Shown piece by piece: positions 39,756 to 51,846 of a stretch of DNA of 64,000 bases. The stretch covers positions 352,001 through 416,000 of the forward strand of contig CAVOYH010000001.1 in NCBI GenBank assembly GCA_963700635.1, given 5' to 3'. The number at the start of each line of letters is the position of its first letter. Position 1 is the first letter of the stretch. The position numbers and the translations under genes were made by a program. A model generated the notes under the pieces. That model had not been told where the DNA came from. It was given only the letters and a program-made list of their open reading frames with translations, and made no database searches. Source of the stretch: an uncultured Bacteroidota bacterium (GTDB taxonomy: Bacteria > Bacteroidota > Ignavibacteria > UBA10030 > UBA6906).

Positions 39756-42161
39756 ATGAATGCGAAAAGAGCCATCCGCAGTTCCGTGTATGTTGCCTTC
39801 CTCATTGCCATCACCGTACTATCGCACGCGCCCGCAGCACCCCAGACTCAACCCCCAGACGATCGAGGGAGATCGGCTTCCCTGGTTGAGGTTGTCAACA
39901 CTTCCCGCATTTCGAGCGTCTACGGTGAGTCCGTGGAATCACTTCCCGTGAACAATCGATCCGTACTCGAGCTGCTGAGCGTGACGAATCGCGACCTCTA
40001 TACACTCCCGAACCCAGACAGCGTGGCGCAGGCGAGCTGGCGGTACCGCAGAATTCAACGCCCGTCTGACCCGGAAGACAGGATCTCGTGTATCACGTCG
40101 TTGCGGGGGGAAACCGGTGACGTCTCTACAAAATACCTGATGTGGCAAAGCGGGGAGGTGGAAAAGATTGAGATCCTCCGCGACGCATCCGTCACATCCA
40201 ACTTCCTGGCACGGTTGCCGCTGGCCTCGTCTGAAACGCCGGTGCACATCGCGGCCATGGTTACTCCACCGGGATATTCGGCAAACGTCATTTCGGTCTT
40301 AACGTCAAGCCGTTTGTTCCGTTCGACGGACGACGGACAACAATGGGGAGTCGTGGACGACACAGGGCTCCCGGGCGGTACAAAGAACTATTTCTCCCAC
40401 CATTATCCGTCGACATATATTCTCGCCCACAGCAACGGTCTCTACCTCCGGAATATGTTCGGAACGTCATGGTCGCCCGTTCCGTATTTTGGAACACGAA
40501 CGATGCATCAGGTGTACGTTGACAGGCTCAACCGGATATTTGTGCCTGACGGCAACAAGCTGCTCACGAGCACAAATAATACCTTCAGCTGGACAGCCAT
40601 CGACAGCGGCAAGGGTTTTATCCCGAATCTCACGATCTGGGGAGATGACGACAAGAACAACATCTATGCGTCGGACGGCTACAACGCCTGGAAGTTCGCC
40701 GACGGCACTGGCGCCAGCGTGAGAATTGACCACCACCTGACAGACAAGTTTTATGACTCATTCCCGTCGAGTCCGGTCATCAATAGCATCGGAGGAGAAA
40801 GCCATGTGTATATCGGCTCAAAGTTCGGCTCATTCCGGCTCCAACCTGATACCACGTGGGAAGATCTTATTGATGGGATCAAGTCGCGCCACTTCAACGG
40901 CATGATAGAGTTCCCGTCAGGGAAACAGATGGTCAGCAACAATCTCGGGCTCGTGGCCCGGGTCTCAAAATTTGATAGCATATTCGTCAAGGCGTGGCCG
41001 CCGAAGTATGTTCCGTACCCGCCGTTGTTCGGTGACAAATCGGGCAACGCCTATACGCTTGGCCTGCGGTTGGACCCCTTCAATAGCCAGAGTCTCAGGA
41101 TCAATTTCAAGAGTACGGACGCCGGTGTGACCTTCACGCCGGACACAGCCGGCTTGTCAGCGATCGGCGCTGGCACTTCGCAGCTCTATAGTGTCACTGC
41201 CGACGGCACCCAGTGGTATGCGGGCGTTGGCTTTGCCTGTCTGCTGAATTCGAAGTTGAGCGGAAATCCGTGGGTGCCGGAATACGATGGAATCGGGAAT
41301 CTCCCGACGTACGCGCCCTTCGCGCTGGGCAGCGCTGGCAACAGATATTACTTTGCCGCCTACGACATGTCAACGTATCAAGGCGCCGTATGGAGTCGTG
41401 GAAAGTCTGAGACTCAGTGGGAAACTGACACGATAGGAATCGGCAGGTATAACGTCAGTACATTTTCATCGATGCGCGACGGATCCCCACTGGCGGGGAC
41501 GTATTATGCTGGTCTATGGCGTTACGGGCCATTTCCTTTCAAGCAGGGTGTGCAGTCGGCCTCCGCTGCAAAGACGAGCGCTGCGGGGGCGTGGACCTGG
41601 ATACCTTCTCCCCCGGGGCTCGAAAACGCAAGCGTGTTCACCGCAAGTGTTGATTCCGGCGGGGCGATCATTGCCGCCTTCACTGGTTTCACCGGGACGG
41701 GCTTTGTGGGCCGCGGGGTATACGTCACGCTGGATACCGGTGCGACATGGATCGCTGCCGGGTTGGATAGTATCTTCATCAGGAAGCTTTCTTCCTACGG
41801 CACAACCACGTACGTGTCCACCTTCGATCGCGGGCTGTTCAAGATTGAGAGAGGGACTGCCACTTCTGTTGAAATCTCGTCTGCCGAACCGGCGGCATTT
41901 GGTCTGGATCAGAATTATCCCAATCCGTTCAATCCGGCAACCAGAATCGGCTATCACTTTTCAGGTCCGGGTCCGACCTGGGTGAAGCTCGTTGTGTTTG
42001 ACCTGCTCGGAAGAGAATTGGTGACCCTGGTGAACGAACTAAAACTGCCGGGAGCATACAGCGTACCATTCGAAGGGTCGAACCTCTCGAGCGGCGCATA
42101 TTTTTACAGGCTCCAGGCGGGGAACACCGTCCTGACGCGCAAGCTCGTTTTGTTGCGATAA
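39756..42161 (+). CDS. Secreted beta-propeller (Asp-box/BNR) protein with T9SS type A C-terminal domain
   Basis: GGAGG RBS, signal peptide, Asp-boxes STDDGQQW, STDAGVTF and TLDTGATW, and QNYPNPFNP tail. Confidence 0.85.
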   Translation: MNAKRAIRSSVYVAFLIAITVLSHAPAAPQTQPPDDRGRSASLVEVVNTSRISSVYGESVESLPVNNRSVLELLSVTNRDLYTLPNPDSVAQASWRYRRIQRPSDPEDRISCITSLRGETGDVSTKYLMWQSGEVEKIEILRDASVTSNFLARLPLASSETPVHIAAMVTPPGYSANVISVLTSSRLFRSTDDGQQWGVVDDTGLPGGTKNYFSHHYPSTYILAHSNGLYLRNMFGTSWSPVPYFGTRTMHQVYVDRLNRIFVPDGNKLLTSTNNTFSWTAIDSGKGFIPNLTIWGDDDKNNIYASDGYNAWKFADGTGASVRIDHHLTDKFYDSFPSSPVINSIGGESHVYIGSKFGSFRLQPDTTWEDLIDGIKSRHFNGMIEFPSGKQMVSNNLGLVARVSKFDSIFVKAWPPKYVPYPPLFGDKSGNAYTLGLRLDPFNSQSLRINFKSTDAGVTFTPDTAGLSAIGAGTSQLYSVTADGTQWYAGVGFACLLNSKLSGNPWVPEYDGIGNLPTYAPFALGSAGNRYYFAAYDMSTYQGAVWSRGKSETQWETDTIGIGRYNVSTFSSMRDGSPLAGTYYAGLWRYGPFPFKQGVQSASAAKTSAAGAWTWIPSPPGLENASVFTASVDSGGAIIAAFTGFTGTGFVGRGVYVTLDTGATWIAAGLDSIFIRKLSSYGTTTYVSTFDRGLFKIERGTATSVEISSAEPAAFGLDQNYPNPFNPATRIGYHFSGPGPTWVKLVVFDLLGRELVTLVNELKLPGAYSVPFEGSNLSSGAYFYRLQAGNTVLTRKLVLLR

Positions 42162-42306
42162 CGAATCACTTCTCGAGAGCCTCATTGCTATTGAAGTACC
42201 AAGTTGCTATCGTGAAAATGTTCACCCTGTGTTGACACAGCTACTGTGCTGACGGGCGCGGAATGATGGTGCTGTACTCACTTACCACCAGTCCTGAGGA
42301 GGAGAG

Positions 42307-42969
42307 ATGAAAACACGTTGGGTCGTAACACCTGTCCTAATCGCTGCGTTTGTCCTGTTCTGGACAAGCCAACTATCCACCGAACCATCCTTTAACGGCA
42401 CTACGGCCGGCTGCAGCGGGGGAGGATGCCATTCTCTTTCCGCCAACGCTGTTTCAGCGCAGGTTACCAATCTTGATGTTGTGATTTCTGTTTCGGGGAC
42501 CACGGAATCGGTGGGGGGAGAACTTGTAGACAGCGCCGGGACCGTTGTGGCTGTCAACAATTCCACGGGCTCCAATCCGTTTACGCTGAAGGCCCCCCAG
42601 GCCGGACTCTTCCGTGTGAATGCAGGCAACAAATCACCACAGCGTGTGTGGGATTCGGTGATGGTCCGGGTAGGGACGACGACCCAGGTGGCGGAAGACA
42701 TTCCGGCGCACATCAGGCTTTCACAGAACTACCCCAACCCTTTTAACCCGGGCACACAAATCGTTTTCAGTTTGCCGACTGTTGCACCGGTTTCTTTGCG
42801 GGTGTTCGATCTTGAGGGGCGTGAAGTTGCGGTCCTGATTAATGCCACCCTCCAGACCGGAGACCATGTGGCGCATTTTGATGGTACCGGTCTCGCCAGC
42901 GGAATCTATTTTTACAGACTCCAGGCGGGACGACTGACTCAGACGGGGAAGATGGTCTTGCAGAAGTAG
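42307..42969 (+). CDS. Small secreted T9SS-CTD protein with an N-terminal C-X4-CH motif
   Basis: AGGAGG RBS, signal peptide, AGCSGGGCH and QNYPNPFNP tail. Confidence 0.85.
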   Translation: MKTRWVVTPVLIAAFVLFWTSQLSTEPSFNGTTAGCSGGGCHSLSANAVSAQVTNLDVVISVSGTTESVGGELVDSAGTVVAVNNSTGSNPFTLKAPQAGLFRVNAGNKSPQRVWDSVMVRVGTTTQVAEDIPAHIRLSQNYPNPFNPGTQIVFSLPTVAPVSLRVFDLEGREVAVLINATLQTGDHVAHFDGTGLASGIYFYRLQAGRLTQTGKMVLQK

Positions 42970-42974
42970 TCTGC

Positions 42975-43979
42975 TTGATAATCTGCCTCGCGCACGCGAT
43001 ATTACGTTTCCCCTACCCCCGCATGTATCATGAAGTGTCCACCGTAACACGGCTTACAAGGCCGGGTTCTATCATCACCTCCATCTACCGGGCGGGTGAT
43101 GTCCAGTGGGAACTAAACGTCCGCGGTGCACACACCGACATCTGTACTCCGTCCCGCCTCACCAGGTCGCGGTGGTCAGGCAATCTCCTCCCTGTCGGCC
43201 AGAGGGTTCCTGCGTACATCCAGATTGATGCAGACATATCCGGTGGTGGATCCACATCGCTCAGTACAAGTGCTGCAGTAGTTGTGGAACAACGGTCCGA
43301 TGGGCCGCGACCGGAACCCGGGAGTCTCCAAATTACCGGACCCGAAGGGGAAGCAAGAGATCCACTGTTCTCCGCCGATGGACAACGCCTCTTCTATAGG
43401 AGATCCCTATCGGACCGCGGCGAGATCTGTCTGGTGAATGCCTCTGGTGGAATGCCCCGGGTTCTCGTCTCGCCTGGTCCGCCGCTGTATCCGGGATTTC
43501 TCTGGTTTGGCTGGTTCACCAGTGCTGATGGAGATTCCACGATCGTGTATTCTCTCCACTCAAAGGCGGCGTACTCCAGGATTGTCTCTCTCAATCTCTA
43601 CTCAAACCGTACCGATACCGTTTCGACGACCGGGTATCTTACCGGCGACCTCAAGAATGTTCCGGGCACTCCGTCCCAGACAATCTACATCGTTGACCTG
43701 GACACACGCCAGCAGTCTGTCCTGATGGACAATGTTGCCGGGTACACATTCTGTCTGGCACATGACGGGCGGACGTATGCGGTTCTGGCGCCGGATGAAT
43801 TGAGCCCTATCGTCACATCACAAAACTACTTCCTCATCCGTGACGGAACTCCCGGCCACATCACGACATACCCCGGGCCGAGTTCCCTCTCCGATCTCTG
43901 TTTCTCTCCTGACGATCGGAGTGTTGCTCTCGCCGCCACCAGGAGGGGCGATGCACAAATCTGGAAGATTCCGCTGTGA
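42975..43979 (+). CDS. TolB-like/PD40 beta-propeller protein, possibly N-terminally degenerate
   Basis: PLFSADGQRLFY and FSPDDRSVA...GDAQIW repeats; no clear signal peptide or RBS. Confidence 0.5.
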   Translation: MIICLAHAILRFPYPRMYHEVSTVTRLTRPGSIITSIYRAGDVQWELNVRGAHTDICTPSRLTRSRWSGNLLPVGQRVPAYIQIDADISGGGSTSLSTSAAVVVEQRSDGPRPEPGSLQITGPEGEARDPLFSADGQRLFYRRSLSDRGEICLVNASGGMPRVLVSPGPPLYPGFLWFGWFTSADGDSTIVYSLHSKAAYSRIVSLNLYSNRTDTVSTTGYLTGDLKNVPGTPSQTIYIVDLDTRQQSVLMDNVAGYTFCLAHDGRTYAVLAPDELSPIVTSQNYFLIRDGTPGHITTYPGPSSLSDLCFSPDDRSVALAATRRGDAQIWKIPL

Positions 43980-44026
43980 TACTCTCCCCCTGGCCCGGAC
44001 TGCGTCAGAGGCGGAAGGGTGAGCGG

Positions 44027-45067
44027 TCAGAGCACTCCAAGGTACGTCAGAATCTCCCGGCTCAGCTCAACCCGTGCGCGGACATCGTCATCCTTTCGGA
44101 TATCCAGCTCGGTGGCAAAGAAATAAACGTCCCTGCCCCGTTCCACGTACCCGACGTACCAGCCAACCTCTGTTGCACCGACGCCTGACAGGCCCGTTTT
44201 CGCCCGCAGAATGTACTCTTTGGTCCGTTCGGCGATCATGATCTCCCTTACAAGGGACATTGTCCGTTGCGAGAAGGGGAGACGGTTGGTGTAGAGCTTG
44301 ACAAGAAACTTCACCTGCTCCCGCGGCGTTATCCGCACTCCTCCATTAAGCCAGAACATGTCAATGGGGCCGCCCATGGTGCGATTGCCATATCCTGCGG
44401 AATCGAGATACGCCTGCATCCGCTCCGTGCCTATCCGCCGCGCGAGTTCCTGATAGAGCCAGACCGCCGACACCCTGAATCCTGTTGCCAGAGTATGATC
44501 CCGGTTCCATGCGGGTATGGACCGTTGTACGCTGTCCCAGGGGATGATCGTTTCGGTCGAAGCGATGACACCGGTCTCGAGCGCGACCAGCGCGTTGAAT
44601 ATTTTGAATGTTGATACCGGAATGTATGATGAGTCCCACCGATCCGGACGGTATCCGGTGGATTCTCCTGTCTGCATATCATAGAGGAGAAATGTCCCTT
44701 CAACCCCTCTTGCGGCAAAAAGTCGGCCCAGTTCTGATGCAATCTTTTCCTGCGAGAGATCCCGCACTACCGGGAGATCCGGCCATGTCCCGCCGGTGCG
44801 GTTTGTACTCATGACCATATGACCGTTGAGCATCATGGGATCGATGGGGTCAAGGGTGGCCGGCAGTCCGTGATGGGGCAGAACGGAAGGGGATTCATCG
44901 CCTGCGGCCGTCAGCATGTTGGTACATACGGACACAGTCCAGAGGGAGAGCACAAGCACACGGTGAAGGTGACTTGCCCGTGATGCCAGGCGAAGAATTC
45001 CCGACGGCACAAAGGAGCGGGGGATTCTCTTTAAGGGATTGCGCGAGAGGGTCTTATTGGGGGCCAT
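44027..45067 (-). CDS. Class D (OXA-type) beta-lactamase-family protein; start uncertain
   Basis: STFK, SAV (SxV), YGN, FWL.G..RITP.EQ, KTG and GWYVG motifs. Confidence 0.88.
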   Translation of the reverse strand: MAPNKTLSRNPLKRIPRSFVPSGILRLASRASHLHRVLVLSLWTVSVCTNMLTAAGDESPSVLPHHGLPATLDPIDPMMLNGHMVMSTNRTGGTWPDLPVVRDLSQEKIASELGRLFAARGVEGTFLLYDMQTGESTGYRPDRWDSSYIPVSTFKIFNALVALETGVIASTETIIPWDSVQRSIPAWNRDHTLATGFRVSAVWLYQELARRIGTERMQAYLDSAGYGNRTMGGPIDMFWLNGGVRITPREQVKFLVKLYTNRLPFSQRTMSLVREIMIAERTKEYILRAKTGLSGVGATEVGWYVGYVERGRDVYFFATELDIRKDDDVRARVELSREILTYLGVL

Positions 45068-45299
45068 GATCGGGTCCATGAGGGATGTCAAGGTGCCATG
45101 TGGATTCCCCGGAAATGTACGCCGTATGCGTGAGAGTTTCAACAATTGTTTACGGCTCGATGGATTCTTGCATCGGCAGGGTGCAATTGATTCATGCCCA
45201 ATTCCCTCCTATATTAAAGCCTTGTAAAGGGCCTGTGTTTGACGGGCCTATTCACTGTAAAACATCTGCCCTTATTGCCCAACCATCAGGAGCTCTTCG

Positions 45300-47210
45300 T
45301 TGATGCACCTTTCTGTGAGTCCGCTACGGAAGTTCCTGAATCGCGTCTTGAGATTCGTGTCGATCCCATTTGTCGCCGGATCGATCGCTGCCGCCATTCT
45401 GCTGGTGGTCACCGGCCTGGTTTCATTCTGGGTGTTTACGGTCCGGATGCAGGACGAATTGCAGGAGACCTCAAATGTCGCGACCGCTGCACGCGACCAG
45501 CTCAAGATTGCCCTCATCCACGGCCTTTCGGCCACGCAGACTGTGGCCCTGTGTATAGAACAGGATATTCTTCCGGGAGAATTTGAATCTGTTGCTCCGC
45601 GGATTGCGAAGGCCTATGACAACCTCGACGCCATCGAGCTGGCACCCGGAGGTGTTGTGCGGCATGTCTACCCGTATGAAGTGAACAAAAAAGCGATCGG
45701 TTTTGATATCCTGGCGGATCCGCTGCAAAAAGACGAAGCGCTTCTCGCAATCCGGAACAGATCTCTTGTCTTCGCGGGACCCCTGACCCTTGTTCAAGGA
45801 GGGCTTGCGGTTGTCGGCCGCGGACCGGTGTTTCTTAAGCGTAATGGCGCGGAGTACTTCTGGGGCTTCACGATTGTGATCATCAGGGTCCCCACTCTCA
45901 TCAAATATGCACACCTTGATGAACTGGCGGCTCATGGATTCGGGTACCGGCTTTCTCGAATTGATCCGAGGACCGGGGCTGTGTCTGTCTTCAAGAACGA
46001 GGATGTCGTACTGGATGAGCCGGTCGCCGTACGGCTGGAGGTGCCGAATGGCGCATGGACACTGGAAGTTGCGCCGCGTGAGGGGTGGACTGCAAAAGAA
46101 AAGACGGTCCCGATATTTCTGCTTAGCGCAATCTTTTCGGTCCTTGGCGGGGCTTTTGTGTGGTTTCTGGCCCGCCAACCCCAGGTGCTGAACAGGTTGG
46201 TGGAACAACGCGCAGCCCAGATACAGCAAAGTGAACATCGATTTGAAACCCTGATCGAGGAATCTCCGGTCGCCATCGCCATCGAGCGTGACAACAAGGT
46301 GCTCTATGCAAATCCCCGGCTACGGCAGATGTTGATGGTTCGCCCGGAGGAATCCCTTGTCGGGCGGGACGTTATCGATTTTGTAACTCCAGAAGCTTTC
46401 GAAACAAGCAACGGGGGAATAACCTTCGAGCCCGGCGGTCAATCGGGGTTCCCGGAAAGGGAATTGGTCCTGGTAAGAACTGATGGCGCGACACTGGATG
46501 CACAAATCACCGTTGCAACCGTCGAGCTCAATGATGGAGTCGCTCACGTTGCGTTTATTACCGACATTACGGACCGCAAGCGCGCCGAAAAGGAAATCCG
46601 CAAATCTCTCAAAGAGAAGGAGTTGCTCCTGAGAGAAATCCATCACCGCGTGAAAAACAACCTTCAGGTAATCTCAAGTCTCCTGGGCATGCAGGCACAA
46701 CGGGTCACAGACCTCAATGCCCGCGAAGCATACGCAGACAGTATCCGCCGAGTCCGCTCCATGGCCCTTGTTCACGAAAAACTCTATCTCTCGCGTGATG
46801 TGCCAGAGATAGACTTTCGGGAGTACCTCAATTCCGTTGCGGAAGATCTCCATCGATCCCTGCGGAGAGATGGTGTTGCGCTTCGCGTGGAGGCCGAGCG
46901 TATTATGCTGGGCATCGATGTGGCGGTGCCGTGCGGCTTGATCGCGAATGAACTTGTGTCCAATGCGCTCAAACATGCCTTCCCAAAACGGGACAAAGGC
47001 ACTGTGCTGGTGTCCTTCAAGCGGCTGGATCCGGCCAGACTGCAGCTTGAAGTTGAAGATGACGGCGTGGGGTTCTCCTCGGCGGAAGATCTGGGTTCGG
47101 CGACTTCGATGGGTATGAGCATCATTCGCACGCTTACGGAACAGATATCGGGATCACTCTCTCTGGACCGGGCGGCAGGAACGCGCTTCACAATCGTATT
47201 CCCCGGATGA
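45300..47210 (+). CDS. Sensor histidine kinase with CHASE, PAS and HisKA_2 domains
   Basis: YPYEVNKKAIGFD...GPLTLVQGG (CHASE), a PAS segment, EIHHRVKNNLQ, NELVSNALKHAF and DDGVG. Promoter TTGATT-17-TATATT at 45187-45215. Confidence 0.9.
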   Translation: MMHLSVSPLRKFLNRVLRFVSIPFVAGSIAAAILLVVTGLVSFWVFTVRMQDELQETSNVATAARDQLKIALIHGLSATQTVALCIEQDILPGEFESVAPRIAKAYDNLDAIELAPGGVVRHVYPYEVNKKAIGFDILADPLQKDEALLAIRNRSLVFAGPLTLVQGGLAVVGRGPVFLKRNGAEYFWGFTIVIIRVPTLIKYAHLDELAAHGFGYRLSRIDPRTGAVSVFKNEDVVLDEPVAVRLEVPNGAWTLEVAPREGWTAKEKTVPIFLLSAIFSVLGGAFVWFLARQPQVLNRLVEQRAAQIQQSEHRFETLIEESPVAIAIERDNKVLYANPRLRQMLMVRPEESLVGRDVIDFVTPEAFETSNGGITFEPGGQSGFPERELVLVRTDGATLDAQITVATVELNDGVAHVAFITDITDRKRAEKEIRKSLKEKELLLREIHHRVKNNLQVISSLLGMQAQRVTDLNAREAYADSIRRVRSMALVHEKLYLSRDVPEIDFREYLNSVAEDLHRSLRRDGVALRVEAERIMLGIDVAVPCGLIANELVSNALKHAFPKRDKGTVLVSFKRLDPARLQLEVEDDGVGFSSAEDLGSATSMGMSIIRTLTEQISGSLSLDRAAGTRFTIVFPG

Positions 47211-47259
47211 TCGTATCGTGTTTTTCATCCAATGTTCTGCCAGTTCTTCACTCCAGACA

Positions 47260-47288
47260 TTGACTCTTCACTACTGGTCCCGTATCTT
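47260..47288 (+). promoter_or_regulatory. Sigma70-type promoter preceding a ~160-nt structured leader
   Basis: TTGACT-17 nt-TATCTT. Confidence 0.6.
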
Positions 47289-47456
47289 GATCGCTGACCA
47301 CCCATCCGCGGTGTGAGGCGTGCCGGGGGGAAAGAGCCAGGAGACCTCTTTATCCGTAAGGATGGGGAGGTCTTCGTCTGTCTATGGGAAGCGTTTCCCT
47401 CCCACAGGGGTCCAAAGACAGTTCATCGTATCCCACCCTTTTTAAATGGAGGCACG

Positions 47457-48416
47457 ATGTCCAGGTATGCTCTCATGGTGCTTGTAACCCTTCTACTACT
47501 GCTCCCGACGGCCGGAGAGGCTCAAAAAGCAGGGGACGTTGTCTTTTCAACAAACATGATCAATGTTTCTGCGCCGGCGAATCTGACAAAAGCATTCAAG
47601 GCGGGAGATCCGATCTATGCGGCAGCATTCGTCCGTTCGAACTTTACGAAACTGACGAATTCCCCGACGGCAAAAAAAATCAACATCGAAGTGTTTGTCT
47701 ATGCCGTCAGAAAGCCGAAGTATGACTACCAGCAGCCCCAGGAAGAACAGCTGGTATTCGGCGCCCTCGGATTGTCCGGCGGTGCCATGCAACAGGAACA
47801 CCTTATGGTTGACATCGTCCCCGTTCCCGGGAAGATGACGGCGTATGGGAATGCGGACATTACGTATAAAAAATTCGGACCATACTTTGATGGGCCCGTC
47901 AAATATGCAGAAGCGCTCAGCAAGCTGGAAGGCGGGAAGCACACAATCCGGGTCAAGGTCAACTGCAACTATGAAACGGTCGCTGAAGGAGAATTTACCA
48001 TTGAGGGAAGTGATTTCGCACCGTATGCTCAGCGCTCCAAGGAACTTAACGATGCGGCATCCGGGATCCAGACTGCCGGCGCAACCATGCCCAAAGCAGC
48101 AAGGAACGATAAAACTCTGGAGGCGGAGATGGTCACGGCACTGAAGGCCTCACAGACGTATAAAGACCGGATGCAGGGAACAATTGTCAAGCTCGTGATT
48201 ATCGACCCCGACTGGTATGTCAGACGCCATGAACTCACCGGGATCATTCTCCACCGCTACATCCGGGCGGCGGTGGCCATCAAGAATGCCAGCGGAAAAT
48301 GTACGGTCTGGCAGAACGTCACGTTCCAGCAGGACTACGCAGGCAACAAATACCAGCGCACAAAATTTGACGGGGTGGGCGATCCTTACGTAATCCCCTG
48401 TGAAAACATCAAATAG
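47457..48416 (+). CDS. Hypothetical exported protein
   Basis: GGAGG RBS before MSRYAL; signal peptide ending AGEA; no recognised domain. Confidence 0.75.
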   Translation: MSRYALMVLVTLLLLLPTAGEAQKAGDVVFSTNMINVSAPANLTKAFKAGDPIYAAAFVRSNFTKLTNSPTAKKINIEVFVYAVRKPKYDYQQPQEEQLVFGALGLSGGAMQQEHLMVDIVPVPGKMTAYGNADITYKKFGPYFDGPVKYAEALSKLEGGKHTIRVKVNCNYETVAEGEFTIEGSDFAPYAQRSKELNDAASGIQTAGATMPKAARNDKTLEAEMVTALKASQTYKDRMQGTIVKLVIIDPDWYVRRHELTGIILHRYIRAAVAIKNASGKCTVWQNVTFQQDYAGNKYQRTKFDGVGDPYVIPCENIK

Positions 48417-48548
48417 GCAAACATCTGCTGTGCCGGAACACTGACACTCCAGAAACCCCGGTCTTTGACATCGTTCCCCGGTCTGCAAAGTTGAAACTCT
48501 TCCGCACTACACCTATATTGTGCGTTCAACAGAAGGGGTGGCAGGGCT

Positions 48549-48716
48549 ATGTCCAGAACCAAAGAGGAAAAACCACTTTCCGTCAGGTGCCCGAACTGCA
48601 GGCAGACACGTGAACCTGACTACAACGAGACGACAAGACGGTATGTCTGTACACTTTGTGCAACTCCAGTCGACGCTCAGGTCCTCATCGAGAAGAAAAA
48701 GCGCGGACTGAAGTAG
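48549..48716 (+). CDS. Small (55 aa) zinc-ribbon protein, absent from the ORF track
   Basis: MSRTKEEKPLSVRCPNCRQTREPDYNETTRRYVCTLCATPVDAQVLIEKKKRGLK; promoter TTGAAA-17-TATATT at 48491-48519. Confidence 0.7.
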   Translation: MSRTKEEKPLSVRCPNCRQTREPDYNETTRRYVCTLCATPVDAQVLIEKKKRGLK

Positions 48717-48730
48717 GAACACCAGCCATC

Positions 48731-49327
48731 ATGGGCACATCGAACCTTTCCCCCGGGCACATAACATATTTTAAGTCCCCCGCTTCACTACGGGCCTGGT
48801 TTCGAGCTCATGCTTCAGAAGCCGGCGAGCTGTGGGTTGGATATTACAAGAAGAATTCGGGCGAACGGAGCATCACCTGGCCTGAGTCGGTACAGGAAGC
48901 CCTGTGTGTCGGCTGGATCGACGGGATCCGGAAGTCCGTTGATGACAGGAGGTACACCATCCGGTTCACACCCCGCCGGGTGGGGAGTTCGTGGAGTGCG
49001 GTGAATATCAGGTTCGCGCGCGCACTCATCAGGGAAAAACGGATGCAACCGGCCGGACAGAGGGCCTTCACGGTACGGCGTGTCGAGAAGTCCGGGGTCT
49101 CCTCCGATGAGCAGACCGAGGAAAAGTTCGAAGAAGCGTACGGCCGGATATTCAGAAAGAATGCGAAGGCGTGGAAGGCCTTTCAAGCGCGGCCTGCCTG
49201 GTACCGGAGAACTGCCGGTCGATGGGTGATGAGTGCCAGGAAGGAAGAAACGCGGCATCGGCGGCTGGAACAGCTCATTGTGGATTCGCAAGCCGGACGC
49301 ACGATTGCTCCGTTGACCCGCAAATAA
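48731..49327 (+). CDS. YdeI/OmpD-associated family protein
   Basis: LWVGYYKK, SITWPESVQEALCVGWIDG, RFTPRR..S.WS.VN and SARKEETR.RRL motifs. Confidence 0.88.
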   Translation: MGTSNLSPGHITYFKSPASLRAWFRAHASEAGELWVGYYKKNSGERSITWPESVQEALCVGWIDGIRKSVDDRRYTIRFTPRRVGSSWSAVNIRFARALIREKRMQPAGQRAFTVRRVEKSGVSSDEQTEEKFEEAYGRIFRKNAKAWKAFQARPAWYRRTAGRWVMSARKEETRHRRLEQLIVDSQAGRTIAPLTRK

Positions 49328-49366
49328 GATCATCCAATAGAGGAAGACATATTGCCCGTAATCTCC

Positions 49367-51831
<2,465 letters not shown>

Positions 51832-51846
51832 GCCGGAGACTGACGA

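Noticed and set aside
42228-42241. Palindrome CTGTGT-TG-ACACAG upstream of the C-X4-CH gene
   Set aside because: Single short palindrome with no second copy or assignable regulator.
47333-47348. GAGCCAGGAGACCT resembles the B12 box of cobalamin riboswitches
   Set aside because: The upstream conserved core (GGGAA..GGTG..AA.TCC...CCC.C.ACTGT) is absent and the downstream gene is not B12-related; kept only as an unknown structured leader.
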